64,000 bases of DNA from Haplodiscus bocki (taxonomy: Eukaryota). Shown in pieces: positions 27,284 through 41,700 of this stretch. Made by a program: the position numbers and the translations under genes. Position 1 is the first letter of the stretch. Every line of letters begins with the position of its first letter. The notes beneath the pieces were generated by a model, which worked only from the letters and a program-made list of their open reading frames with translations, was not told the origin of the DNA and made no database searches. The stretch covers positions 32,798,001-32,862,000 of the forward strand of contig OZ296656.1 in the NCBI GenBank assembly GCA_965655095.1, read 5' to 3'.

Positions 27284-27664
27284 TATTTGTATCTAAATCT
27301 AGAGAAATTAATTGACTTTCGGTACGATTGTTATCAGTACTCGTAGTATCGTGGCCCCTTCAAAATATAGTCATATTCAGCTGATTTGTTGACTAGTATT
27401 CCGTTGGCGCAAGTGTTGCGAAGCACAACTTGGCCTCTGTGTTTATAAATATAAATATTTGAACTTTATTTCTGCTTTTTGGTTTCAGATTTTTTTCTTG
27501 TTATTCTGGTTCCTCGAGAACCAAAAAACAACAAAATAACTGCAAAATTTTTTCCTCGAACACCTCGCTCTATGATCCCTGCGTGCCAAAAGAAGAATAA
27601 TCACTGATTTTGCTGGCTGTTGCAACTCGCTTCTCCGCAAAGTTAGTTGGTGCAACTCGTTCAT

Positions 27665-28400
27665 CAGGTTCTCAGTCGACAGCCTGTTACTTGAGGAGGA
27701 CCTTTCAAAAGAAAAATCGGCATTTCCTTTCGTCCCAATCCTGACACTGACAGACCCAAGCTGCCTAAAATGCTGATTATGATAGACCTCCGTCTTCATA
27801 CCCTTAATTATCCAAAACTACAAGCTTGATTTTTTTTTATGAGGGCTCAATCGACAGCTTTTTTCCTGAGGGAAACTTTTGGTTTTGTTACTTCCGTTCG
27901 CATCCTGCTAGTGAATAAACTGCCTAGAGCGCTATGAATTGTGACATATCTGAAAATTCAAATTTTCATAATGATAACCCTACTGCTTCCATCAAAATCT
28001 AAATCCGCTGCTTTCTACTTGTGGAGCACTATTGCAGTAAGAACAGTTTTTTCCAACTGTTGGAATCCTTATACTCGGAAAATGCCAAAAACTGCGGATA
28101 ATTTTGACATATCTTGACGTTAAAATTCGTATTTCTTCAACACTCTCGCTATAATGGTCTCAATCAACAGCTTTTTTCGGAGGAGGACTTTTCAAAAAAC
28201 ATCATTACATTTTTCTTTGCATTCGGATCCTGACAGGCTGTAATTGTTGAAAACATTAATAATACTCAAAGGATGTCGATTTTCAAGCTCATAATGCGAA
28301 TCTTCTAATAATTTCTTCATAAAGGGCTCAATCTACAGCTCTATATCTGAGGATTTTCATTTAGTAGAAACTTTATGGATCTAGATCCTTTCGTCCTTAT
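27665..28400 (+). repeat. Degenerate tandem array, ~160-bp unit, about 5 copies
   Basis: ctcaatc(g/a/t)acagct...gagg recurs at ~27671, ~27846, ~28159 and ~28327, with a weak copy near 28010. Confidence 0.6.
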
Positions 28401-28603
28401 GGTCTGAAATTGATAAAATTTTTCATTCACGATATTCAATTCCATTTATCTCTTAACGGTTCGTTTGAGTTATTTCATCAAGGAATTGTTCGGCAGCTAT
28501 TCATTTGTAGAAGGGTCTGCGAATTGAAAATTTGTGCTTCTTGCTTGAGCAATAGAAATTTCATGTCGAAAAGTTCAATTTTTCTGTTATTTTGTCGCTA
28601 TTT

Positions 28604-28975
28604 ACATTTCTGCACGGAAGTGTTGTATCACATCCTTAGTTTTTTTGCAATTCATTCACAATTCGCTTTTGTGCTTACCTTCTAATGTATCTTGTTTTTT
28701 GTTCGTCCGCTCTCGTAATCTTGCAAAATTTGTTGATGCGCTCTCAACCAACTGCAAAAAGTTGTTCACGTGGCTCATTTCCCACCCTCCATGTTTGTTT
28801 CATATAAATAGAAGGCGAATTAACTGCTATATGTGAAGCACTTTTTACGCTGGTCCATAAGTGTACAACAAATAACGGCGTTAATTAAATTTCCGTTTCT
28901 TTCTATAATCAGTAGATTTTGTTGTACCGTGGCCACTTTGAAGATCAAATATACTTGTTAGATTTGCTAACTAGT
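28604..28975 (+). repeat. Dispersed repeat, homologous to 10013-10362
   Basis: See 10013-10362. Confidence 0.7.
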
Positions 28976-31900
28976 TTTCCTTTAGCTGAAATGTTGAGAG
29001 GCACAGCTTTGCCGCTGTGTCAAACTCATCTTTCTCTAAAGCTCTCGGCTCAAATTTTTTGTGAGTCATTTTTCGTAAGTTCCATCAATTTTTTCACTGC
29101 CCTTTTGACAGAAAATAGCGCATTGCGACTGCTACTCTTGTTATTTTCTTTCCATTCATCTCATTAGTTTTTCCGTTCCTTTTTGAAATTGGTTTTTCAA
29201 AGCGCAGTATCTCTTCACCTATTTGACGATTTTTTCATCTTTCTGCAAAAAGGTAACGGCACAACTCTATTTACCACATATTAGATTTTGGTTCGAGTTT
29301 GACTACTCTTCGATGTTAGTTTGTTGAAAAAATATCCAAAAATCGAGCTATTTTTGGTATTGTCGGGCTATAGTGGAGTTTTTTTGATCGCGTCCTGACA
29401 TCCAATTCACCTGAATTTTCCAGAGGATTAACTGAGAGACTCCATTCTAGCACATACTAATACTTGGTGTTTTTCATACTTTTCGATAAGTTTTTGTGCA
29501 AAATACTTGGAAGTTGATGTAGTTTTGCGGCTCCTTTGCATATTTCGGGGACTTCGGGAAATGTTATGTTTTTAGAAAATCTTTACTGTCACTCGGATTT
29601 TTTGATGCTCTCGTACGGCTTTCTGCGACCTCCTCCCAAAGAAGGATTTCGGTGCGACATCTGAATTTTTGTTCAAAACGCTTTCAAGCTGCGTGGGAGT
29701 ACGGGAGGGAGCATACGGATCATCTTAGTAGCGGTGAGAGCGTGCAAGTCAAAAAACTCACACAAGTTTGCGAAGTGCTATCCGCCTTGGGCTGTTATGT
29801 TAGTTTTTGTAGGTGTTATTCGTTGGAACCTAGGTCTTCTAGTTGCTCAAGTGTTGCTTGGGCTCCACAAGGAGGTCAGAAAGTTTTGTCATTGGTTTTC
29901 CTGCCAAAGATTGTTGAAAACCGTTTTTTTTTCGGCTGGTTTTCGTTTTTTCAATAATTGCCATACGCCGCACCAATATTGTCCAAAATTGACACCATTT
30001 TGCAGTTGGTATAACAGGGAAACCCCTAGTCTTATATGTTCAGATTACTGAATTATAGTTAGAAAAATATTCAAAAGTTTTTTGCTAGAGAAGTTTGATA
30101 ATCGAGCAATTTCTAGTGGTTTTGAATTGTCATGCAGATTTTAGTCTTTTATCCAAGACGGTGGCGCCCAATATTGATCTATGTTCAACGGAGGAAAAAC
30201 CAGAGGACTCTAATGTAATACATATGCTCATTCCTTGGGATCAGAATTTTTTGATTGCCTTCTTACTACAAAAATAAGAGGGAAATCGATTGGTTTTGGA
30301 AAACTTTCAAATATAAATTCTTAGCTCTGTATCAAATCCTCCAGGACCTGAGGTTTCAAGTTACGTAGGATAGGGAAAGTAAGGGCACTGGCAAGGACTT
30401 GGTGTGGCTAAATGTTTGTTGTTCTTCTCTAGGGTAGTATCTGGGTAAAGGTGTGCATTTTTCAGACTTGTGGGAGGATCGAGTGAAAAAAGTTGAAAAA
30501 CATTGTGATTAGTCACATTTGCGTACAGGGGTTAGGGAGGATATGCGAAGTAGTGGCCGTAGCCGGCGAAATTAAAGTGTGGATTGGTTTCCATTTTTAA
30601 TGTGGGGTGGTATTAGGCAAGGATATGGGTATTCACTGTCAATGGAAATCTGGAGAATCTCAAACTTTTTCTGATTCGAGATTATTCCAACTTTAGTTTC
30701 AGTGCCATTAAGTTTCATTTCTAATCCGGAAAGTTTTGTACCTGGGCAAAAGCCTTGGCAGTCGCATGCTATTTGAAGTTTTTGATGACTTTCTCCTGGA
30801 GATGATGCTTTCTGGGGATTGAATTGTAGTCCCTACAAGAACCCCCATACGCAGAAATCCCTTGGATGGTTTTCCCAAAATTTTTCTGAAATCCTTTCCG
30901 GCTGGGGCGGCTATGTTCATTAACTTTTGAAACAATGGGCGTCAAATTCTAAAGTTCACAAATTTCAAAGCAATAAAGGCCATAAGTTTTTCCGTGACTA
31001 TGAAAAAAAATAGCTTCAGCTGTTCTGAGTGAAGCGCATGTTAGTTCATAAGGGATATGCGATTAGAAAGTTTTCTTTAGAAAGAAAGGAGTAATATTCT
31101 GCTATGAAGATGAATATTCGCATAATCGTTTGCTCAATTTCCCAGAGAAAATGGTTTCGTAAAAGTCGATACATTTACTCTTTCACTCAGTAGTATATTT
31201 TTGATAATAATAAGCTCCATTCGAATTGGATTTTCGTAATTTGGTTAGGTAGTGTAGACTGTGGGTTATTGCATTTTACTTTTCTCGCTTTGTTGGGCTT
31301 ATTCGAAGTAGTTACTCCCAGCTGACTGACGACTATCAATCCCCGCTTACAAAGGTTTTCTGTTATGGTCCAATTTACGTCTCAATTTGCTCAGCTTATT
31401 GAAACGTCAGTTGAGCTACTTTTCCCGGGAAGTCCCCCCCCCCTCAATTTCCTATTACATCATTCTCATCTCGTCACACATTGTACAGGTATGTGTCAGG
31501 ACATTGTGAAATGTCTTATTTGTATTCCGTAGAAGGAAGCTACAGTCAGTGAGTCACTCGACCTATTTCATCATTGTTCCATAGTATCTAGCATTTCGTC
31601 ATCAGGCGCTTCGAAGAGTTATTGATTCTCTTAATTAAGTCAACAATTTACGTCTACTTTTTGCTGTCTGCCGTAATTCCTTTCAACAGGAAAGGCGTTT
31701 CGATGACTTATTGCCACTGAGTAATAATTCAAGATTTGAAAGTACTTGTCTGGGGTAGGGGGGAAGCAACGGGGTCGTGACCAACCCCAAATATGTGCAT
31801 AAAAACATAAAAATTGACCCTGCCGGGCTTGAACCAGGCTTCTGGGGCACGGTTCGATCTCTGTGCAGTCAGGTCTGATCCTGAAAGTCATTTTTATGTA

Positions 31901-34900
31901 GTTGGGATTGTACAATATTCAAGTCTTCAAAAAATTCTATATGAAAATCTTTCAAAAATGGCCTCAATCTTGAAGAAATGAGATGCAATGCAATTCTTCC
32001 AAGGTTAGGTGTTTCGAGCTAAACCAAATTTCGAATATTCTCCTTCCCGTATCTCATAGAGTGTCATCAGAACTTTTGTTTTATGGCTGGCCCATCGAGG
32101 TGCGTGACCAGCTCACCGTAGTGCCTCCGACACCTGCGATTGCGCCGGGGAAGATGGTGGGAACGTCTGTCCATCTCCCTGTGCTCCTCCACTTGAACGC
32201 TATCAGGAATTTGCGAAGATGAAATTGTTAGTTTACTGGTGTGCAGATGAAGATGCTACTTTTACAGGTATTCATAGCACAGCATTTTTTGTGTAACACT
32301 TAATACTTTAACAAACCGAACAGACGTTCAAGTTGTACGTAGTGATGGCTATTATGAATGTTTCCATTTTTTAAATCCAAATATGATGGCGCAGTTTCAT
32401 TTCATACGGAGGTACTATTTGTACTGAATTCTGTCCATTGAAATTGCAATGAATATCTCATGAGATAAAATTTTGGTCTCTCCTTCAAATTCACTGCAAT
32501 TAGTTAGATAGCAGTTTTCTTGGAGGGAAAAGATTCATACAATGCAAATGAGAAATTCAAACGACAATTGCGAATGTTAGGATAAAAGGGCAATTAATCA
32601 CTAACAGCAGACAAAACAAGTTAAAAATCCTGTAACAAAAAGGCATGGACTTTAGGAAGTCAATCTTTCCGAACAGTAATGCATTATTCAGAGCTTCCCA
32701 CCATGCACATATAGGTATGGGCATTATATGTCTTTAGAACAGTGCTACATGTTGTATTCGGTTTGTTTCAGCACTATTTTAATCAGCTAACATGTTGATT
32801 TCTTCAACGTTTCATCACCAGGAACCAATTCAATCCAGTTATCATTTGTAACCATTTTCATATTTATCTATAAAGTGTTGCATTCAGAGTATTATTAAGT
32901 CGATATTTTACGATGATTGAAGATGGTCAATTTCCACCAGCTATCTTCTCCGAAAAATGAAACTGAAACTGAACTGCCTAAATTGAGTTGAGAATTTCAG
33001 TTGGCGCTTTACCAAACGTAAAGATGCCGACTATTACAGTGCCTTTTTTCGGAAGATGGCTCACACACGATCGAATCCCGAGCCGGCATTATCTTCGATC
33101 TACCTCATACTTTTCGAACTCATTAAAGACCGTAGAGAAGCCCGAAATAGTTTGTGATACCCCATTACATAAACCGGAAAATTTTCCTACGGCCAAGAAG
33201 TATTGTAGAGAGAACGTTGCGTCATAAATAACTGACAGTAGAACATGTTTTTGGAGCAATCGACACAGTGACATACGGCGAGACCGTAACATACTGCAAA
33301 CCCAAGGAGCGTCTGGGAAGTGCCACTGTTAGGCAAAATGACATGAAGATTTTTCCACTGTGCTCGAATTACGCTTATGCTAGTTTCAGATGCGCCTATG
33401 CTACCATCCTTTTTTCAGAGTTAACTAGATATTGCATTCTTTGTATCAAAGCCGAAGGCGAAAGATACACGTTGACCTTTTTTTTCAGACTGGACGAAGC
33501 GCAATCGGACACTTCAACTGACCTCACTTGTAACAGCACTTGAATGAGATCCTTTCCGTTATATTATGAGACTAGCAGAATGATGCTTCAGAGACCAACA
33601 GAACAATTGTCATCGGCAAATTTTATTTTCACCGTTAATTCGTAAATCAAACTTTAACTTTTAATTGAATTAGAATTTCTTTGAGCTGATTTTGGCTAAT
33701 TTTAAGATTTTTTTGTCAAATTTGATTGCTATATCTTTGCACTTAAGTATGCAAAACATTTGAATTTTGCATAGGAATTACAAACAAGCTCCAATCTATT
33801 CATTATTAAGTTTTGGTTGCGGTTCAGCGTTTCTCCATTTATTTTCTTGGAAGTCAAGCTATTTTCGGCTATTCATTTGTTTTTTGTCAAGTTAAATCTA
33901 AGTGTTTTATCCTTGCATCTATGTTTTGAAACCACTTCATTTTTGCATAGGGAATATCAGCAGGGTACAATCTACAGATTTGAGTGCTATATCTTCTCAC
34001 CTAGTTTTCAAAATCACTTGAAATCTTACAATGTATTTACTGTTAAGTTTTTTTTAGTTGAGGTTATTTGATAGTTTATATTTGAGAAAAGTACTTGAAA
34101 ATCGATCTGAGTTTGACAATTTTCAAGATAATGCATCAAGTTTCAGTCTTTTATTATGGCACCTACGCCTCGGTATGATCTATTTTTGAATAAATGTAGC
34201 AAGGAGACTTCAATTTAGCTCTCTTTAATTTAGCTTCGATACTCGAGCCCCTCCAGGGTCCTATTTTGTTAACCTGCATTTCAATTGGAAGACTACTAAT
34301 TGTAGATTGATCCCTAGACAAGCGAGTTTTGCGTTTTCTTCTTATTCAAATCTTAGTTAATCAAAAATTCACAAAATGAAGTTTTTGTTTGAGTTCCAGT
34401 TCCAAAATGGTTTTTTCCGACGTTTAATTCGAATTTGATCATCCAAACCCTTTTCTTCGAAGATCCTAATTCGTCAAACGTTTTGAGTGTTTTAGCTTGA
34501 ATGTTCGAGTAGTGTCAGGGGCTTATTTATGTTAAATGGAATGAAGGAAATCAAGATAAATAAACACTTCCATAAAATGTTTTGACTGACAATGGTTTGG
34601 AGCCTTTATTTTCTAAATCAAAATACTGAATAGATCTAAATGCACAGAAGTTGCCGACCCAATTGTCAATGTGACAAACCAAATTGCGGAGCAAGTTGTG
34701 TTCATCTGTCAATTTTGTGCAGACCAAATGTAACTCGGAATGTATGACGCGGCTTTTCTGTTGCGTCTCATTGATCAATCTTTTCTTCCTCACCAACAAA
34801 CGACCCAACAGTTGTGTTATATCCATTGTCTGAAACTATGCTGGAAACAATTGACCATTGTTTACTGCTTCACCTGATACGTTCACATGTTATCACTGTA

Positions 34901-35786
34901 ACATGTGTACTCATGTGTCATTTTATACAATAATGCAAGTTTGCTTGTAATTTCTATCAAAAATTGACGCTTCTCGCCAAACAATGATTGTTTTCTTAGT
35001 TTTTGATGTTTAGTTTTTGTTCCCCAGCTTAAACATTGGCTGTTCTTACTTCTTCTGAATCAGCATGGTTATTATAACGGGTGGTTATTATAACGTACGT
35101 GTAGTTATTTTAGCAGATTATAATTGTGGTTATCAAGGGATAGGGGGAACCCTGTACTATCCGTTATCGTATTTTGTAAATAAAATTATTAAGCTAGGTT
35201 AGAGGTGAACATAAACAGTCTTTGTTAAATTGATTGACCCTTCGTTTGTTTCTCGCAAGCGTTGTATCCATGCTGAGTACACCCTTATTCAATTGGAGGC
35301 TACCCCGCCCCCGCCCCCAATTATTTGGTGGGATTTCCTCCCTAGACGGTCAAATTTTGCCTGTTAATATTTTGTAGCTGTAATTTCAAACATGAAATCA
35401 TTACCAGACAGGTTAATTGCTATTTTTGAATGTCTGACAGACTGTTTATTGTCCAAAATTATGCCCCCAATTATGCCAGGGGATTGATTCTTTGAAAGGA
35501 TGCATTTTGTTTTTGCTCAACATTGCTGAGAGTAAAATGCCAGAGCGTACATGCATGTGCGTAATCATAAAACGGATGTCATGGAAACGTCTTGCTTCAC
35601 TAATATGTGCAAGTAAACCATGCTTATGTTTTGGATGAATGAACTACCAACTTGAAAAGGCATTTTTTTGCACCAAAATTGATTCTATGCAGAAAATTTT
35701 TTGGACCATTTTAGTTTTATCACCGCCCCTCCCCTAAAAAAGGCGTTAGGGGGGAAAATAAGTTATTTAAGGTCAACGTCCAAATT

Positions 35787-36103
35787 ATGTCGAAATTCAA
35801 ATGGAATACCATTTTATGTCGACAGTGGTAATTTTTAGCGTCAATATTAGGCATTATAAGCGAACTTCAGCCTTAAAAATGAATGGAATATTGCATTCAA
35901 TTTTTTTGAATTTACTATTTTTATTGCGCCATCCCAACTATCAAACTATTTTACTGTGCTAAAACGACTGCTTTCCGCAAAACTCGTATCTAGAGATTTA
36001 TCTGATCATGATGTTGAAAATTTTGACAAATATTGCTGAGGAATTTTCATTTTTCTGCAACTGATTAAAATTAGCTGGGAGATATTAACTTGGTACCACT
36101 GGT
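35787..36103 (+). repeat. Dispersed repeat, homologous to 26181-26478
   Basis: See 26181-26478. Confidence 0.75.
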
Positions 36104-37259
36104 GTGTCAGTGTACTACCGTGCAGCAGCTTACAATGATTTAGTTTTGTTTCAAAATTCTCAGATAACTTGAAACATGTTATTTCAATTTTTCAATGAAT
36201 GGTGGCAGCTCGGGGAAACAAATTAATCTTGAAGTCATGGGACTGTTATGAAATTTCATTTAAAAAATTCCGGTGTTCATTTTGTTTGCTGGGTTGTAAT
36301 TGCGAACATCTCTGGTTTCAGAATTAAGTCGCCAGTTTTCAAATCTATCGAGTGTCAGATCTTTTTCAGTTACGCACCGCACCCTCTAAGTATTTTCAGC
36401 TTTTTAAACAAATTTTCATCGACAGTTGCTCATAATTTTGGCTATGGGTTTATTTGGAGTTGGACGTTTATTCTATTCTGGCGACGAATGCGACGTTATT
36501 GCGTTCTTCCGGCATCTCCGAGTTGCTCTTCCACCGTCGCTCTCTTGACTGATAGTTGTGAGAATGTTCGATCAGTCCGACAAACTAAAAAACAAAATGA
36601 AGAAACATTACATATTTATGGACGAGACGGTGTGGTCAAAAGCCACGGAAATGGATAATTCCTTCTACTTTTGTGTTTTCGATAAAATTGACCTTTTGTC
36701 CAATTTTTAAGCATTACGCTTGTCTGAATGCTTATGGATTTTACTTTTTCTAAGCTCTTTGCAAACGCTGGCGTGATAGATCGACTGAGCGAGGTTGAGC
36801 GCTAAAGTGATAATTTCTACGTATTATCTAACTTTTGTTCTTTTGTATTTGCTTTGTACGCTTTCCCAAGCTAGAGCGAACGTTACTGTTTACTCTTAGA
36901 TTTTAAGTACTTGATCCAAATATTCTCAAGTTTTTCAAATTACTTCATCTTATTTCCCGCTTTTTCTCACTGATGACTTTTCATCGTGTCGAAGCAATGT
37001 TGATTCACAACGCTTCTAAAAATTGCGAACTGCATAGCGGCAAAAAATGACCAGTGAACTATTGAAAGCAAAATTTTCAATTCTTGAATATATGCAATTT
37101 TTTGATTGTATTGGAGTGTTTTCGAATTCGGATAATCCCAAATTTTTCTCATCGTACCAAGTTTTTAGCGCATGATGCCTAGCATCCTCGATGCCTTTGT
37201 TTTTTGTGTGTGTGATTATTTTTTCTTTGTATTGAATGAATGATTTTCTTAGGCTATAT

Positions 37260-37407
37260 AAATTTCACTTAAGTGTCCGTCTGCAATTTTGTTGCCACTG
37301 TGAGACAGAGAGAAAACAGTGTCGTGTCAATTTTTGTCGAAAAAATTTGAATTTTTTCGAAGACGGGAGCCCTCAAGGCGGCGCCGGGCTGTGTCGTTCC
37401 CGGCTAG
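37260..37407 (+). mobile_element. Helitron-like 3' end fragment containing one satellite anchor
   Basis: GCCGGG-n10-CCCGGC hairpin ending in CTAG|T (37383-37408). ccactgtgagaca at ~37295 is the reverse complement of the 15.5-kb satellite anchor tgtctcacagtgg. Confidence 0.5.
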
Positions 37408-37989
37408 TTAGTGTGTCTCTTTAGGAGAGACATCGAAATTTATTGAACGAAATTATCGCATTTTCGGCTGAAAAACTAATATTTTTCTGAAGCGGGAAAT
37501 TGTTTCGCTAAAAAAGGTCAATATGGTGCCCTTGGGTAGTAATTCGTCATGGACCTAGTTTTCCAGAACCTCGGACATGTAATGATTTTGTCACTGAAAA
37601 TGGAAAAATTGAAGAAATCTTTGAAGTTGGGTCCGAGTTTCATCAAATGACAACTTGTGTAGTCTTGTGAGAATTCTAGAATACTATTCCGATCGTGTCT
37701 GTTTCTTTTAGACCTGACGTAAGTGGATACGACGTAAAATCAACTGATTTTCCGTTATGTGAATTGTTGATCTCGTTCAACTGTGCTGAATCCGTCAGTG
37801 AACTAGCTGCACTGCGTTCCTACCATAAGAATTTTTCACTGTTATTTGACGATGAATTATGATCTGGTCACCTAGCAATAATTTTGAAAAAAAAATTCTG
37901 CAATGGAAATCTTTCGTTTGAAACCCGAACTGCATTTGTCAGATTTGTGTGTACCTGTCGGAAACTATGTTAGAAGTCTAATCTACCAA

Positions 37990-38720
37990 ATATTGAATTG
38001 TTTTTGCGTTCCGGTTGTTTTTTTGCGGTATTTTTGGCTGTTTTGTCGATTTTCCATCACAATATAACTCTATATCTGGACACCTAGGCCACCTATTTTT
38101 GCAACGGCGTAACAAGCAGATTCCTATTTACGTCATCCGAGAGTTTGGTTTCGTTGAGAAATTTTTTCATTTTAACTGATTTTTTTGCGAAGAAACTTGA
38201 ACTCATTTTCGCGGTCAGCAAATTGGAAGTGCTATATCTCTGTACCTAGGCTTACAAATCACCTAAGTCTTCCATGGAAGTAACGAAAAGACTTTATTAT
38301 ATACGATACATTGAATTTTGCTTGCCGTCTGAAGTTGTTTGATTGGATTTTCGCAAAAAAAAACACTAAATTCGACATAATTTTGGCTTCTTTCTCCAAT
38401 ACTTCTTCAATTTCAAAATGCTTTGTCTTAAGACATAGGGGTCTAAATTATATGAAATTTGCTTACAAGTAATACACACACTCCCATCGAAGTCACCTGA
38501 AGTTTATTTGCTGTCCCAAGTTTTTTTTGGAAAAAGGTCGAAAATGGACCTGATTTTGGCTATATTGTCGATACATCATCGTGCGGTATATCAACACCTA
38601 GGGCCTCAAATTATCATAGGTTTTCAGAGTAGTAACAAAAAAACTCTCATCTAGGTCATATCAAATATTTGCTGGGGGCCGAAAGTTTTGATTGATTTTG
38701 TGCGAGAGACCTGAAAATCG
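37990..38720 (+). repeat. Degenerate tandem array, ~165-190-bp unit, 4 copies
   Basis: tatatc...acctagg...gtaac and gatttt..gc(g/a)a recur at ~38071, ~38233, ~38422 and ~38588. Confidence 0.6.
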
Positions 38721-41700
38721 AACCGGCAACATACTTGGGCGACATAATAAGACATTTAATGCTTCGATAGTCAAATGACGAAGAGGCCCATTTTTAAATC
38801 AACCTCTCAGTTTCTAAGATTATGAGGCTGAAAAATCTAGCTTTTGCTCAGGTTTTCGCTCATTTTAATCATTACTATATTGTTTTTGTATGCGTCTTAC
38901 GTAGGTTTTGGCACATATTCGGGAAAAAGGGGAGTTTGTTTTAGTTTTCCCATAGGCTTACCTCGCAAAAACGATCTTGAAAGGAACAAATGACCTTATT
39001 AATTGCATCCATGCATAAATATGGAGGTGGAAAGTTAAAAGTTGAAAACATCCAATAAATATTAATGCGCAAGCCCTGCAGGGGCCTACTTTTTTAACTT
39101 GCAACTGATTATCAAAGTTTTTCGTTCTTGAATTAATCAGGTTAGTATCCTTCTTTCAAGTCGAACTTATAAGGTTTCTTTAAAATGGTTTTCTGTCTGT
39201 TCTGTACCTGATAAGTATGCGTTTTTGTAAAGATCTATCGAGAGAAATGGCGAAATCAAAAGAGTGTCTTTCATCTTTGTGAAATCATTTCTGTTTCGTA
39301 ATTACAAATTGAAGAAAAGCTTTGATATTCCACCGCGTATATGGTATGCTGCGTCGCGTGAATTCTGGTCTCATTTTTCAGACGGCGTTTTCTCACGTTT
39401 TTCACCGATTGGTCGATGGTTAAAACGCTTGAAGAGATTCATTAATAATTCGGTTACATTTTCAATCTCTCTCTGTGTCTAATTTTTTCAAGTTTTGAAC
39501 TAGTATATAGCTGTGGGGATGATCATCATTGTTGATAAAAATGAAAACCTGGTTTAAGAGTCAACAGTTATTAATAAATAATTTAAATTTTTGAAACATC
39601 ATGACGCCTATCGACTACTGAAAGCAGTTCGACCAGAAGTTGGTACTGCTTTCAGATGAGTAATGTATAGCTGATTCTAATGTTACTTTTTTAAATAAAA
39701 ATATTGTCAGGCTTGCGCATCGTAGCGAGGCAAGTCTAATACAGTCAAGGAGAGTTTTCAGTCCTTTAAAACTCGCATTCGCTTTCAATTTTCAAAGTAC
39801 TGTCAATTCTGATTTTTGGAAAATCATAGACGTTTTTTAGTTACATTGTTCGTTAAGCCTGTAATTCTCATTGACTAATGGTCTGATGGGCCCATCTTGC
39901 GCTGACTGAGCTAGATTTAAGTAGTCCCTTTCTGAATTTTTTAAGAGTAGCTGGGATAGTTAATTTTAACGTTTTTTTGCGAAACATCTTCATTTATATT
40001 CGAAAATCAAAGATGTTTATCTGCGTTATACCTTAAAAATTTTTTTGTTGAGTTCTGATCGGATTAGGTGCGTCTAGTTTTGATACAATTACTACATGTT
40101 TGGAGCTTTCGAGTAACATCGAGCATCGCATATTTCAAAATTTACTGCCAAATATCTTCTGTTTGAAGATTCAAAGTTGTTTCGAACAATGTTCGTCAAA
40201 ACTTTTTTTGCCTGGATTCCACTAACTTTTGCTTGGATTTCATACTTCTTCAACTCATGCAACTTCTTTGTGCTTTGAAAGTATGCAAAGTATCCGATGT
40301 AGTTATTTCCGCATTGTTATGCTCGATATAAGAACTTGCAAAAGGATAGCGATTTTTTTGTGTATTTTCTTGGAAATTTTTTGTCGGATAGTGTCCATCC
40401 AATGCTTAGTCGACTTCGCGCTGCTTAGAGCCACTAAACAATATCAGGATTAATCTGCTCCACCCTCTAAGTGAAAATACTCGAGTCGTATGCTGTTTCA
40501 CACTGTCACCGAGATGTACATTCCCTTGTTTTGTAAAATTGAGGTGTTTCTGTTCTCTTTTCAAGTGGTTTGTGGCATTTTTGGATTGTTTTTTGCACAG
40601 TGCATCTGGAAGGCTGGTGATTTGGATTGTTTGTGAACAGCAGCTGAGTTTTCCAAATTGTTTTTTTTGTTTAGGATTTTTTCTGCGAACTTTGTTCATG
40701 AGTCAGATTCAGATTCAAGTGGATTGTTTTTCTCGCTTGGCAATACAATCGATAGCGCTTCTCACATTCTGCCAAGTGATATGGAATAGGATTGCTAACT
40801 CGAATCAGGTCTTTTATAACACGCCTGTCGAATTTTGACAGAATTTTATTTTAGCTTGCTTTTGGAAGGACGTCATTGAAACTGGTAAGCAGTGACCTCT
40901 TGAGCAAAGATATTCACATAGCGTCATTAAGTACGTCGATTAAATGCCCTTATTTGTTTGTGAACTCTGTTCTTGATTGTTTTCCGTCGACCTTTATGCC
41001 TCAGACTGCCTCCATCTACTGTTTTTTTCAAAGCGGGAATTTTCCGGAATCTATGTAGAAGGAGAGACATCCCATCTTATGCTTCATGCGAATCATCTCG
41101 CAATTTATTTTGAATTTCGAAAGATTTTTTTTACTTGGGTCTTTATTCGCTTTTGGTTCATCTCTACGAATACCGGTTAGGTTGCACCAATGGAATGCTC
41201 ATCTAAAAGCCCTAATATGACTAACCAATGGGGAAAGCTGGATTTGCCGTTTCATATTTTTCACGCGAAAGTTCTTGTCTAGTTTAATTTTCGACGTTGT
41301 TAACTTGCGTCCTTTTTCAAAGTCGTTTTGTTGGGATTGCGGCCTTCCAGTTCTCATTCGAAAGCTGGCAATATGAAGAATCTGTTGAGAAACAGGCATG
41401 TCACGTTTCGTACGTTTCTTATTCTGCGCTTTGCGAAATATGTTGGCTTGTTTGTGAAGCGGAGAATTATAACCTGCGTCGTTTTTCTTAGTTGAGATAC
41501 TGCTGTTTGGTTTGCGGAAATCCAGTGTTCATTCAAAAGACTGTAATGTGGAGAATCTAAGAAAAAACAACAGACATTTGTCATTTCCAACGTGTCATTT
41601 CTCACGTGAATGAAATGTTTTGACTTGTTCATTGCGATTCAATTTTTTTTTATTCTTGCGTCTTTATTCAAACTTGGCTTCGTCGGAGACTATCGGTTGG

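Noticed and set aside
31810-31870. tRNA gene (GGTTCAAGCCC on minus, GGTTCGATCT on plus)
   Set aside because: Isolated B-box-like words without a cloverleaf or a correctly spaced A box.
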